Of a stretch of 64,000 nucleotides of DNA, positions 22,943 through 33,250 are shown in pieces. The notes under the pieces are model-generated. The model made no database searches and was not told where the DNA came from. It was given only the letters and a program-made list of their open reading frames with translations. Source of the stretch: Naegleria gruberi (taxonomy: Eukaryota). The position numbers were made by a program, and so were the translations under genes. The stretch lies in NCBI GenBank assembly GCA_000004985.1, contig GG738895.1. One strand, given 5' to 3'. Every line of letters begins with the position of its first letter. Positions within the stretch are counted from its first letter, which is position 1.

Positions 22943-24229
22943 TTATGAACTGGTGAATCTATCCAAACAAATTTCAAATCCAGTTTCATCATATTCTTCC
23001 TTCTTTACTGTACTATTGTCCAATAATTGTTTTTCATAAAAGGAAAATGCTGAGGCTCCTCTCCAACATAAAGTCATTGGATTCTTACTTTCATGAACAG
23101 TGACTGATTTGAATTCTTGTGGAGCAAAACCTCTCAGATCGTTTTGAAGCCTAGATTTAAAGTTTTTAAACTTGGTACTACCACCTGTTAAAAGGATTGT
23201 ATCAAAAAGGATTGACTGTTCTACACTCGATTTGAATTCTGTTAAAATAGTTCTAGCAGCTGTTTCAGAAACTCCAGCCTGATTAATTCCAATATCAGAA
23301 GGTCTAAATAAAATTTCAGGTATTGCCATTCTTTCTTGATTCAAGGTAAGAATTTGTAAATCTTCATTTGATGGTCTATCAGTTTTCAACACATAACCAG
23401 TCTTACTGTTCTTGTAATCTGGTAAAACATAATCAACTAAAAATGGTGAATCTATATACGAGCACAAATTCAAATCTTCTTCAAAATTGTTAGAAACTAA
23501 ACATAATCTCTCTTTCACTATATTCATTAAATAAGTTTCATCCATCATATCGTAGTGTCTTCCTGAAACAACTTCTTTGAAATAATTGGTCAATAGTTTT
23601 CCACCAATATCTATTCTTTTAATTGCCTGTTTGACTGGGAGAGAATTTACAATGGGATAAATATGTGAAAATGAAAATCCAGAATCTATTACAAGAGCAC
23701 TCTTTGATTGTACAATTGAATTATTTGAAGTTTGGGAATTGAGTGGAGTTTTTTCATCTCTAATTTCATTTAAATATCCAAAAAAACTTAAATATTGGCT
23801 TGAAATTGATGAATATTCTTTAAATCCATAATATTCAAAGACAAGTTGGCATATATCTCTTTGGAGTGTTTTAGGAGTGAAAGGTTGATGAGGCAAAAAG
23901 AGTCTAGTTTCGTTAGTTTGTAAAGTTGGAAAGTGATTCTTTAAAATATGGTCCATAATTATTGATTGAGTTTCACAATCCACTATATATCCCTTTTCAA
24001 TTGGTCTCCTAAATAAAAGTGATGCAAAACATTCACAATCATTTTCCAATTCATCACCAATAAAAACTGATCCAGGAGCTCCCGATGTAGATCTATGTTT
24101 AGCAATATAATTAGGAATGATCAGAGGATTTTTATCAAGTCTACAATGTTCCAACACTTCTGATTCCGATGTTGCTCCATATCCAATTTTGATGGAAGAA
24201 CCTCCACAGTCAGCTATGAGTGTTTTCAT
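22943..24229 (-). CDS. arp6: Actin-related protein 6 (Arp6, SWR1/SRCAP complex)
   Basis: KTLIADCGGSSIKIGYG, ALVIDSGFSFSHIYPIV...AIKRIDIGGKLLTNYFKEVVSGRHYDMMDETYLMNIVKERLCLVSNNF and VDYVLPDYKNSKTG are collinear with human ACTR6. C-terminal KEEYDETGFEICLDRF is the actin-fold end. Confidence 0.85.
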   Translation of the reverse strand: MKTLIADCGGSSIKIGYGATSESEVLEHCRLDKNPLIIPNYIAKHRSTSGAPGSVFIGDELENDCECFASLLFRRPIEKGYIVDCETQSIIMDHILKNHFPTLQTNETRLFLPHQPFTPKTLQRDICQLVFEYYGFKEYSSISSQYLSFFGYLNEIRDEKTPLNSQTSNNSIVQSKSALVIDSGFSFSHIYPIVNSLPVKQAIKRIDIGGKLLTNYFKEVVSGRHYDMMDETYLMNIVKERLCLVSNNFEEDLNLCSYIDSPFLVDYVLPDYKNSKTGYVLKTDRPSNEDLQILTLNQERMAIPEILFRPSDIGINQAGVSETAARTILTEFKSSVEQSILFDTILLTGGSTKFKNFKSRLQNDLRGFAPQEFKSVTVHESKNPMTLCWRGASAFSFYEKQLLDNSTVKKEEYDETGFEICLDRFTSS

Positions 24230-24702
24230 TTTTTTTTAAAAGAAAATTTGTTTTCCCTCCATTATTTTGTTTTTTCAAGATGAGAAACAACCACAAGCAT
24301 GAAGAACTTATCTAAAGTTATCTCAACTTGTTATCATGAAAACAACTGAATATTCAAACCAATATTGATTCTGTAGTGTCCATATTTTAAAAAGGTTTCA
24401 GTGATACTCATCAAATTAAAACTCGTCATGTTGATATCATCACTTGTTAGTCAAATAACAACAAACTCGTTAAAAAATATTCGCAAGCCAATTCAACACT
24501 TTTTTTGTTAGTGGGCATCATCATCAATTGTGCCTTTGTTTAAAACAACAACAATAACAACAACAAGTATAACGATTTCGAATCATCTCTTGTGTGCGTG
24601 ATAGAGGGTGTTGATGAATAGTGTTTTATAATAATTATTGGATAAATTAATTGTTTTTTGGAGTGATTATTTAGTTAAACAACAACCCGAAGAAACAACA
24701 AC

Positions 24703-27700
24703 ATGGGATCCAATGTTAGTAGTGTAAAGTTACCGGCAAATGATAATTTGCCTTTAGAGGATGAAAAATCATCAAGAGTGGAAATACCAAATATGCCACC
24801 AACAAGAAGGAAAACAATAACAACATTTGATAATCAGATGAGTAGAGTATCAATAGTTTCTATACGGTATGATTCACCAATTAATGTTGGAGAGGATATT
24901 AAATCGGATATTACATTTGAAATGTTTGATCTCGCCATGGCTAGAGTTTTTACATTTCTTGATATAACTTCTCTTCTAATGTGTTCGAGGTAAGAGGGTT
25001 ATTTGAATTATTATTAATTAACATTTTCAAAAAGTGCTTGTAAAAAGTTTAGAGAATTAGAAAACAAATATCAAGATGTTTTGTGGCAAAACTTGTATAA
25101 ATTTCATAAAACCAACATGATGTACATTTGTACAAATCCTTCACAAGCTCTTCAAATGATGGAGGAAACAAAGAAAAAACACCAAGCATCTGATAGTATT
25201 AGGAAAGGAATGGAAAGAAATGAGCTTGGTCTTTTGGTAAATGATCCAATTTTGTTGGAATTGAAAAAGGATGTAAAAAATTGGAAAGAAGAATGCTTGA
25301 ACTATTGTAAGTTTGAATTGGAATATTTACTGTAAATAACCATATTTAGATTTTGTAAAAAGGAAATTCATATCTTCTCAACAAGAATATTTACTTTTGG
25401 CAAAACTTAAAGAATTACTTTTAACTCAACCTGAAAATCCAACAAGGAGGAAATCTTCAGTAGTTGGACATCTTTCCAATATTGGTAATACTGATTCACC
25501 TATTGCACAGAACGATATTCATACAGCCAGAAATAGTGATAGCAGCGATAGTAGTGACGATTTTAAATTTGATAGTATCGACGATGATTTCTTAAAGAAA
25601 AAGAGCATGGAATTCATGATGTATAATAATGTAAAATCTTCATTGATTGATGACAATCCCTTTGGAAGTGATGATGATGAGGATAACGACACTCAAAAAC
25701 ACAACGAGGAAGCTTTAAATCCAAATCTTAATAGGTGGAAAGAAGCAGAATCAGATTCCGATGATGATAATTGGTTGGAAGATGAAAAAGATGATGAGAA
25801 ATTAGAAGTAGATTTAAAGAGTCCAAATCAAATTTTACAAGAAAAGATTGGAATGACAAACAGTGAATCTGAAGAAAACTTTTCGACTCCTTTAGTACTT
25901 AGAGGAGAGCCAATTAATAATAGTAGTATAAAACATTTTGAGGAAAACTCAGATGAGGATGAAGACTGGTTCAATGACGATGATGAAAAATCAAAAGATA
26001 GCTCGATAATTGAGCCTATTGTCAAGAAGGGTGAAAGAGCATCCGAAATTGAAAGTCAAACTAAGCTTCATGTTAAAAATGACTTTTCCGCACTTGATAT
26101 CAGTGAAGTCAAGATAGAAATAAGTTCCGAGAATGATAATAACAAATCATTTAGAAATTCCTCTTCCTCCAATCATGTAACCTTAAAACTTCCTTCCATT
26201 GATGATAGTGATGATGAACATATTCTAGGCCGTGAAGCATCTGCTTCAGAGATCAAGCTGGTATTCTCAGATGATTTAGATTCTGATAAGAAGAAGATAT
26301 CTACACCAAAGACTAAAGATGAAAGTGAAAGATCTGCAAGATCTTCATTCGAAGAAGATATTGATGATTCTAGAGGTTCACACAAAAAGTCTTCATTCCT
26401 AATTTCTAAATCATCCAATGATGATGACTCTGATCCTTGGTATTCAGATGAAGAGAGTACAAAAAAGACTGTTCTTCATGTTGAATCTGAAAATTTAAAT
26501 ATTAAGAAAGAAGAAACTGACTCGGACACAGATGATTGGTACAGTGAAAGCGAAGATGACAAGAAGAGTAGTCATTTTGGATTAATGCTAAGAGATAATG
26601 AAGAATCACAAAAGGATTCCTCATCATGCTACTCTGTTTCAAAACTTGGATTTGGTAGTAATTTACCAAGTTTTATTGGCAGTCAATCTGATACTGCTAG
26701 AAGAATCAAAGAGGCAGAGAATCTTACATTGGATGAACTCATCACGGATCTTACTGATGTAACAAAACTGAAAGAAACTTATCTGAATAGATCAAATGCT
26801 GAAACCCAACAATTTTACAGCAAGTTATTATCTTTCCATCAGAGAACACAGGTATTCTGTGGAGATGAACCAGTTGAGGATACAATGCCTGATGCTATGG
26901 TATGTTCAAATTAATTTTAAATTCTAACTTTAATTTAGATGGCACCAAATGATTGGCCAACAACCTTATCTTTCTTCCAACAAAAGAAAGGTCAAGGTAT
27001 TGTTATAAAATTGATTTACATTGAAGAGATTCAGACACCTTACCCAGCAAAACTCTGTAACCCTGTACTTAAATTCTTTGGATCAAAATCAAAAGAGATG
27101 AGAGGTGTTTGTTCTGGATTGATTATTGGACCATTTTTACTTCAGTGGAATAAGACTCACTCATTAATTATACCAAGAAAATTAGTTTCAGACTCCTACT
27201 TGTATCAAACAAGAACTCATCGTATTGCAGAGCTTTTTAATGTTACTTTGGATTCAATTATCGATACCATTGCTAAAATTATTGTAGAGTGGAATCTCAC
27301 AAAACTGTATCATGATCAATTACAAAATTGTCAACATTTTGTTGAGAAAATAATTGATTCTCTTGGTATCAAGAAGGTTTTGGAAACTGAAAGAATAGGA
27401 AAAACGATTTGTAAGTTTTATTCGAGTTATCTTGATAATTTTTACACCAACAGTCAACTATAATACTATCTTGAATAGAGAAGGAAAAGGGTCAATAGAA
27501 TTCAATTTTGCTGACCAAGCTAAACATGACAAGTTATATGCATGCTTGGAAAAGAAGTATGGATCTGGAAAGGTTACCTTTGAAACTCACAAACAATTAG
27601 ATGAATTTATGAGATCAGTTATTGCTGAAGATCCAAACTTTACAATTACTCACCACCAAGATTATTCCTTACTTGTATTCTTTGATCAACTTTTCTGGGC

Positions 27701-27806
27701 TAAACATTCTTTACTTCCAAATGAGGACCAATACAAACCTCTATCAGATGAAAAATCATCAACTCTGTGTCCATTCGGTTCACTGGCTTTTGGTACAACC
27801 AAATGA
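24703..27806 (+). CDS. F-box protein with acidic Ser/Asp-rich region and C-terminal permuted papain-like (LRAT/NlpC-P60 or PPPDE-type, NCxHF) domain. 5 exons (24703..24989, 25035..25306, 25350..26899, 26939..27410, 27454..27806)
   Basis: F-box-like FEMFDLAMARVFTFLDITSLLMCSSACKKFRELENKYQDVLWQNLY spans the first intron. Long D/E/S-rich low-complexity middle. C-terminal domain ...WNKTHSLIIP...KLYHDQLQNCQHFVEKIIDSLGIKKV carries the NC(E/N/Q)HF catalytic-Cys motif. Junctions are phase-consistent. The exon3-exon4 join across 26900..26938 is inferred (alternative: stop at 26914). Confidence 0.55.
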
Positions 27807-28176
27807 AGCACAAAAGATTAATTTGAATCATCAATTTGCTTCAAATCTGTTTCACCTTCAAACCTGTTTATCTGAGAATGAAATCTCAATAATTACCCCC
27901 ACTCAACTCCTTATTGTACAATTTTGCCAAAGAGTTTTACCTTTAACACCTCGGAAATACTCTAATATGATATTAAATAAAAATCCGTCTGATAATAATA
28001 ATAATAATAACAACTATGGAATAACATCAATGTAAATAACAACACATTATCCAAACAATAACACCCCACACATCTCTCTTCATCACTCTAACAATTTGAT
28101 GAATGGAGTTGAAGAGAGAATGTTGGTGATAAAATTCAACAAGAAATTTGACTCGAATAAAAAAAAATAACACAAA

Positions 28177-30348
28177 ATGCCAAACACTAAAAGAGCAGCA
28201 TCAAAAAACAAGGCATTTGCTCAACAGAGAAAGGATATTAAAAAACATCAATCCGAAAAGCCAGTTCTTGAGGATGCTATAATAGACGCCGAGAGTTTCC
28301 AATCAGAAACTGATAAATTCCAATCTAAAAAACTTGCGCAAATAAGACAAAAAACAGGTTTATTAGAAAAGGACAAGGATAGAGATATTATTCAACCACT
28401 TATACAAACAAATGATCAAGATGATGACGATGATAATGATGGATATGCTGATGAAACATCAATTGATAGAAAATTAGTAAAACAAACAGTTGCAAAAGTT
28501 ACTAAAAAACAAAAAGATGAAAGTGATGATGAATCTGAAGATGATGAAACTCAACTAACAACAACAGTCTCTTCTGATGAGGATGATGAAGAAGAATATA
28601 AAGGAGCATATAGTGATGAAGATGAATCCGATGAAGATATTAGCAAATTAAGAAAGAAGGCTTTGGCTGGTTCATCACAAACAACAAGATGGAAGAGAAA
28701 TGAATTCTATGAAGGACAAACTAATATTTCTCAAAAGACACATACAAATAGAGAAAGAAAACAATTTGATGAAGAAGAAGAGGAAGTTAAAAGAATGCAA
28801 GAAGAAAGAGCAAAGAGATTATCTACAAGTGATTATTTGGATGATTTCATGTTAGATAGTAAAACAACAACAAAAAAGAAGATTCAAGAAAGTTCAAAGA
28901 AGGAACAAGTTTCAATTGAAGAAAAACTTGCAATTATACAAAAAGATGCTCCTGAATTTATGAATTTACTTGTAGATTTAAAGAACAAACTTGTTACAGT
29001 TAAGGAACAATTACATCCAATTTTATCTAAAGTTGAAATGGGTAATTTAGCAACAAGTGAAGGTTTAAGTTATTTAGAAACCAAGTATCATTTAATGTTG
29101 ACTTATTGTACAAATATTTTGTTTTATGTCTTGTTGAAATCAAGTGGAAAATCTGTTAAAGATCATCCAGTTTTGGAAAATTTGGTTGAACTCCGATTAC
29201 TTTTAGAAAAGATTAAACCAATAGATGAAAGAATGAAATATCAAGTTGATAAACTTGTTAAATTGGCAAATAATATTCAAGATTCAACAATGACATTTGA
29301 TTTCAAACCAAATCCAGATAGATTATTAAAGAATGATGAAGAAGGTGCTTCTTTTAATTCAGATGAAGATGGTTCTGATATGGGTGAAAGTGATGAAGAT
29401 CTTATGGAAATGAAGACTGGTTCCAGAAAATTAAAGACATCATTTGATTCTGACAGTGATGATAATGTTGATGAAGATGATGAACAAGATACCTATGTTG
29501 CTCCAAAGATGATGGCTGTTTCTTATGACGATTCTGCTTTGAAAAAGTCAGAAAAGACAAGAAAAAAGGCCATGGAAAGAATTGAAAAGGGTGGGCTCTT
29601 GAAAGAACTTAAGAATGAATTTGGTGATGCTCCAGAAGAATCATACTCTATTGGTACTGAAGGAAGAAGTAAACATTTGGAAGCTATTGAAAAGGCAGAA
29701 CTTGAATCTCGTCAAAGACTTATGCTTACAAAGAAAGATAAAAAGAAGATTGCTGAGGAATTGAAGATTAAGGATCCATTGACAGAAATGGATTCATTCC
29801 ACGAATTTACTGCTCTTCAAAGATATGCTAAATCAAAGAATGCCACAAACAGCAAATTGGCTTTGGCTCAATATCTTGGAGATGCTGATGAAGCTATGAA
29901 GGAAATTACAAAGGGACCAAAGCGTGATGCTATGGATGATGAAGAAAAGGCCATGTTAGAAAGTGGTGCTTTGACTTATGATTCTAATTCTGATTTTGAT
30001 GAAGATGAAGATGATTACTATGAAGAAGAGGATGACTCAAAGAAGAGAAAACGTGGAGGTTCTGATTTTTCATCAAAGAAACAAAAGAGAGATTTTGAAG
30101 ATGAAAACTTGGAATATGAAGGTAGAGATGAAAGTGGTAAGAGAAGGGCTGATCACACAATTATTAAGAATAGAGGTTTAGCAGCACACAAGAAGGAAGA
30201 TCAAAGAAATCCAAGACTCAGACTGAAAAACAAGTATAAGGCAAAGACTGGAGGTTATAGATTCGGTAAAGTTAAATCTCAAGCAGGTTATAGTGGTGAA
30301 AGCAAAATTTCAACTGGTGTTGTCAAATCTAGGAAGATTAAGTCATAA
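28177..30348 (+). CDS. utp3: Sas10/Utp3 family nucleolar protein (U3 snoRNP / SSU processome)
   Basis: Central Sas10/Utp3/C1D domain (LVDLKNKLVTVKEQLHPILSKVEMGNL...YLETKYHLMLTYCTNILFYVLLK...HPVLENLVELRLLLEKIKPID). Sas10 C-terminal domain (RGLAAHKKEDQRNPRLRLKNKYKAKTGGYRFGKVKSQ...GVVKSRKIKS). Acidic stretches. Confidence 0.85.
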   Translation: MPNTKRAASKNKAFAQQRKDIKKHQSEKPVLEDAIIDAESFQSETDKFQSKKLAQIRQKTGLLEKDKDRDIIQPLIQTNDQDDDDDNDGYADETSIDRKLVKQTVAKVTKKQKDESDDESEDDETQLTTTVSSDEDDEEEYKGAYSDEDESDEDISKLRKKALAGSSQTTRWKRNEFYEGQTNISQKTHTNRERKQFDEEEEEVKRMQEERAKRLSTSDYLDDFMLDSKTTTKKKIQESSKKEQVSIEEKLAIIQKDAPEFMNLLVDLKNKLVTVKEQLHPILSKVEMGNLATSEGLSYLETKYHLMLTYCTNILFYVLLKSSGKSVKDHPVLENLVELRLLLEKIKPIDERMKYQVDKLVKLANNIQDSTMTFDFKPNPDRLLKNDEEGASFNSDEDGSDMGESDEDLMEMKTGSRKLKTSFDSDSDDNVDEDDEQDTYVAPKMMAVSYDDSALKKSEKTRKKAMERIEKGGLLKELKNEFGDAPEESYSIGTEGRSKHLEAIEKAELESRQRLMLTKKDKKKIAEELKIKDPLTEMDSFHEFTALQRYAKSKNATNSKLALAQYLGDADEAMKEITKGPKRDAMDDEEKAMLESGALTYDSNSDFDEDEDDYYEEEDDSKKRKRGGSDFSSKKQKRDFEDENLEYEGRDESGKRRADHTIIKNRGLAAHKKEDQRNPRLRLKNKYKAKTGGYRFGKVKSQAGYSGESKISTGVVKSRKIKS

Positions 30349-30361
30349 ATTTACATTTGTT

Positions 30362-32641
30362 TTATTGATAGGTTCTTAATAATTCTTCCCACATTGATAA
30401 GAGTGCATCAATTTTCATTGTTCCAACTAGAGTACCATCTCTCTTTCTGACACTCACTGTCTTTTCTTGCATTTCCTTTTCTCCCAAAACCAAGATAAAG
30501 TTATATTGAAGAACTTGGGCATCTCTAATCTTTTTCTTCATTGTCTTATCAGAAAGATCAACATCAATGAAATAGTTGGAGAAAACTCCTCTCTCTTCAG
30601 CAGTCTTGAAAATTTGATCCTTAACCTCTTTACAGTAATCAACAAGGGAAGCATTTTCAGCTGAGACTGGACAAATAAAACATTGACGAGGATTAAGCCA
30701 GAATGGCCATCTTCCTGATAAATGTTCAGTCAAGAGAGCAATAAATCTTTCAATACTTCCCAAAATAGCTCTGTGAATAATGACTGGTGTAATGAGTTGG
30801 TCATTTTGACTTTGATACTTGAGATTAAATCTACGAGGAAGTTGGAAATCTAATTGAATAGTAGCACATTGATGGAATCTTTGTAAGCTGTCTTCAATTT
30901 GAATATCAATCTTTGGACCGTAGAAAGCACCATCACCTTCGTTGAGTTTCCAATTGTATCCATCCAAGCATTCCTTAAGAGATTGTTCAGCTTTATCCCA
31001 CATTTCAATATCACCAACAAACTTTTCTGGTCTTGTTGATAAATTGAATCTCAAATTAAATCCAAATATTTCACTATAAACAAATTTAACAAATTGTAAA
31101 CAATTTTCAATTTCACTCTTAACTTGGTCATGAGTACAGAAAATGTGAGAATCATCTTGATGGAATCTTCTGACACGAGTGAGACCTGTCAAGGAACCAC
31201 GTGGTTCATTTCTATGGAGTGGACTGAAATCAGCCAATCTTACAGGTAATTCTCTATATGATCTAATCTTACTATCAAACATGAGACAGTGGGCTGGACA
31301 ATTCATTGGTTTGATTCCAATAGTTTCTTCCTTGTGTTGAGTTCCTTCAATTACAGTGAACATATCGTCCTTGTAATGTTGCCAATGGCCAGACGTTTCC
31401 CATAATTCTTTTTGGAACATTTGTGGAGTAATAACTTCATCATAACCTCTCTTTCTATATTCTTTTCTGATAAATTCAACCAATTTGTTAAACAGTCTAG
31501 TACCATGAGGTAAGAAGAATGGTGTTCCAGGACTGTATTCATGGAAGAAGAATAAATCTTGCTTTTTAGCAATAAGTCTGTGATCCCTCTTGAGAGCTTC
31601 TTCAATAAGTGTTTGCCAATCCTCCAACTGTTTAGCTTTAGGGAAAGAAATACCATAAACACGTTGTAAAAGTGGAGATTTTTCATCACCCTTCCAATAG
31701 GCTCCACTCAATTTTGTAAGTTTTACAGCTTTGATCATTGAAGTATTTGGAATATGAGGACCTCTACATAAATCTACAAGATTACCACATTTATACATGG
31801 TAATTGGTTCACCAGATGGAATTTTCTCTATTATATCCAATTTAAATTGATTATATTTGAAAATTTCTCTTGCCAATTCCTTTGTAATGTGAATTTTTTG
31901 GAATGAATGTTTTTCTTTCACAACTTGTTGCATGAATTTTTCTAATTCTTCCAATTGTTCAGTTGTAATTCTTTCATTATTTTCAAGGAAACCCTCATAA
32001 AAGAAACCACCATTTAAAACTTGAGAAGCTTCTTTTGAAACCAAAGGTGGACCATCACATAATTTAAGTGATGAACCAAACTTTTGTTCCAAAGCACAAC
32101 CAAGAATGTGAGCTGTTGAATGCCAAAATACTTCCTTTCCTTCAACACTTTCAAATGTAAAGAATTCAATATTATTATTATTTGATTCTTGATTATTCAA
32201 AATTTCAGAAAATGTATCATTCATATCAGTGAGCTTTCCATTAATTTTACAAACTAAAAACTCGCTTACTTCATTCTTATAAAAGACTTCATTAGCTAAT
32301 TGAAGTGGTGTCTTTTTCAAGAATTCCGAGTCTACAACAATTGATAAAGGTTTACTCTTTTCTCCAAATTTCAATACTAAATTTAAATTGCTAATATTAA
32401 TATTATTAGGCTTGATATTTTCTTGTTGTTTTAATTCATTCCAATGTTTTGATCGTTCTTCAAAGGCTTGTTGTTGCTTGTTGGAGAGTGAAAAGTATCT
32501 TTGAGTGGAAATTGAATTGGTCATTTTCATCATCTTGATTGCATTACTAACAGAGGCTGTTGTTGTTGTTGTTGCAGCACTGCTAACAAGAGAATTGGTA
32601 CAACTCTTCAATACTCTTCTTCTCATCACGGCGTTTAACAT
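30362..32641 (-). CDS. thrS: Threonyl-tRNA synthetase (class II), with N-terminal presequence-like extension
   Basis: TGS/second-additional-domain region with editing HxxxH...CxH signature. Class II core FLPHGTRLFNKLVEFIRKEYRKRGYDEVITPQMF..ELWETSGHWQHY, motif 2/3 regions, C-terminal anticodon-binding domain. N-terminus MLNAVMRRRVLKSC.. (possibly organellar). Confidence 0.9.
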   Translation of the reverse strand: MLNAVMRRRVLKSCTNSLVSSAATTTTTASVSNAIKMMKMTNSISTQRYFSLSNKQQQAFEERSKHWNELKQQENIKPNNINISNLNLVLKFGEKSKPLSIVVDSEFLKKTPLQLANEVFYKNEVSEFLVCKINGKLTDMNDTFSEILNNQESNNNNIEFFTFESVEGKEVFWHSTAHILGCALEQKFGSSLKLCDGPPLVSKEASQVLNGGFFYEGFLENNERITTEQLEELEKFMQQVVKEKHSFQKIHITKELAREIFKYNQFKLDIIEKIPSGEPITMYKCGNLVDLCRGPHIPNTSMIKAVKLTKLSGAYWKGDEKSPLLQRVYGISFPKAKQLEDWQTLIEEALKRDHRLIAKKQDLFFFHEYSPGTPFFLPHGTRLFNKLVEFIRKEYRKRGYDEVITPQMFQKELWETSGHWQHYKDDMFTVIEGTQHKEETIGIKPMNCPAHCLMFDSKIRSYRELPVRLADFSPLHRNEPRGSLTGLTRVRRFHQDDSHIFCTHDQVKSEIENCLQFVKFVYSEIFGFNLRFNLSTRPEKFVGDIEMWDKAEQSLKECLDGYNWKLNEGDGAFYGPKIDIQIEDSLQRFHQCATIQLDFQLPRRFNLKYQSQNDQLITPVIIHRAILGSIERFIALLTEHLSGRWPFWLNPRQCFICPVSAENASLVDYCKEVKDQIFKTAEERGVFSNYFIDVDLSDKTMKKKIRDAQVLQYNFILVLGEKEMQEKTVSVRKRDGTLVGTMKIDALLSMWEELLRTYQ

Positions 32642-32846
32642 TTTTTTTAATAATTATAATTATTAAATTCATGTGATGGTGATAATAATAATCGGACCTA
32701 TTAAATCCATTTCCAACCATCCTATTAAACTGTATATTACTGAAATTTTTAATAGTATTCAATTGATATTCATCAAAACGTGTCCTCCTAACATGACCTC
32801 ATATACATCATCATCATCATCGAATTTAAAATTAAATTAAAAAAAA

Positions 32847-33182
32847 ATGGCACTGTGGACTTTAATTAAAATCATTGTCTTGTTGGTGAATGCTGTGGCA
32901 ATTTTGAATGAAGAACGATTTTTGAGAAGGAGTATGTGTTTATAGTAGTGTATACATAGTACTAATATAAAATTGATCAATTGTTCAAAAATTAGTCGGA
33001 TTTGGATACAGACCAGAAGTAGTGGCGGAAGAAAGTATAAAGGCTAGAATTATTAATTTATTACATGCTGTTAGGACACTGCTGAGAAGTAAGTCTATTT
33101 ATATTAATTGGATCTTATCAGAATAGTTCCTCTGATATTTATTAATGCTTTTGTTATTCTGATTTCAATGATTGTTGGATAA
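32847..33182 (+). CDS. yos1: IER3IP1/Yos1-family small ER/Golgi membrane protein. 3 exons (32847..32931, 32996..33088, 33127..33182)
   Basis: Spliced product MALWTLIKIIVLLVNAVAILNEERFLRRIGFGYRPE...ESIKARIINLLHAVRTLLRIPLIFINAFVILISMIVG (78 aa) aligns with human IER3IP1 (VNAIAVLHEERFLKNIGWG...IRSVRTVMRVPLIIVNS). Two phase-1 GT..AG introns. Confidence 0.75.
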
Positions 33183-33250
33183 ATATATTTTGGAAATGTA
33201 AATTATTAAACAAATATTTTGTATAATCGATCGAGTTTTATATTATTGAT

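Noticed and set aside
22943-24229. Calling the actin-related protein Arp10/Arp11 (dynactin) rather than Arp6
   Set aside because: Collinear block matches to ACTR6 (IDSGFSFSHI..., RIDIGGKLLTN..., DYVLPDYK..., actin-like C-terminal YDE.G) favour Arp6.
26900-26938. Treating 25397..26914 and 26939..27463 as two separate genes, as the ORF track suggests
   Set aside because: A 39-nt gtatgttc...aatttag interval with phase-0 donor and acceptor joins them in frame. The spacing (24 nt between stop and next ATG) is too small for separate transcription units. Kept as one gene, with the alternative noted.
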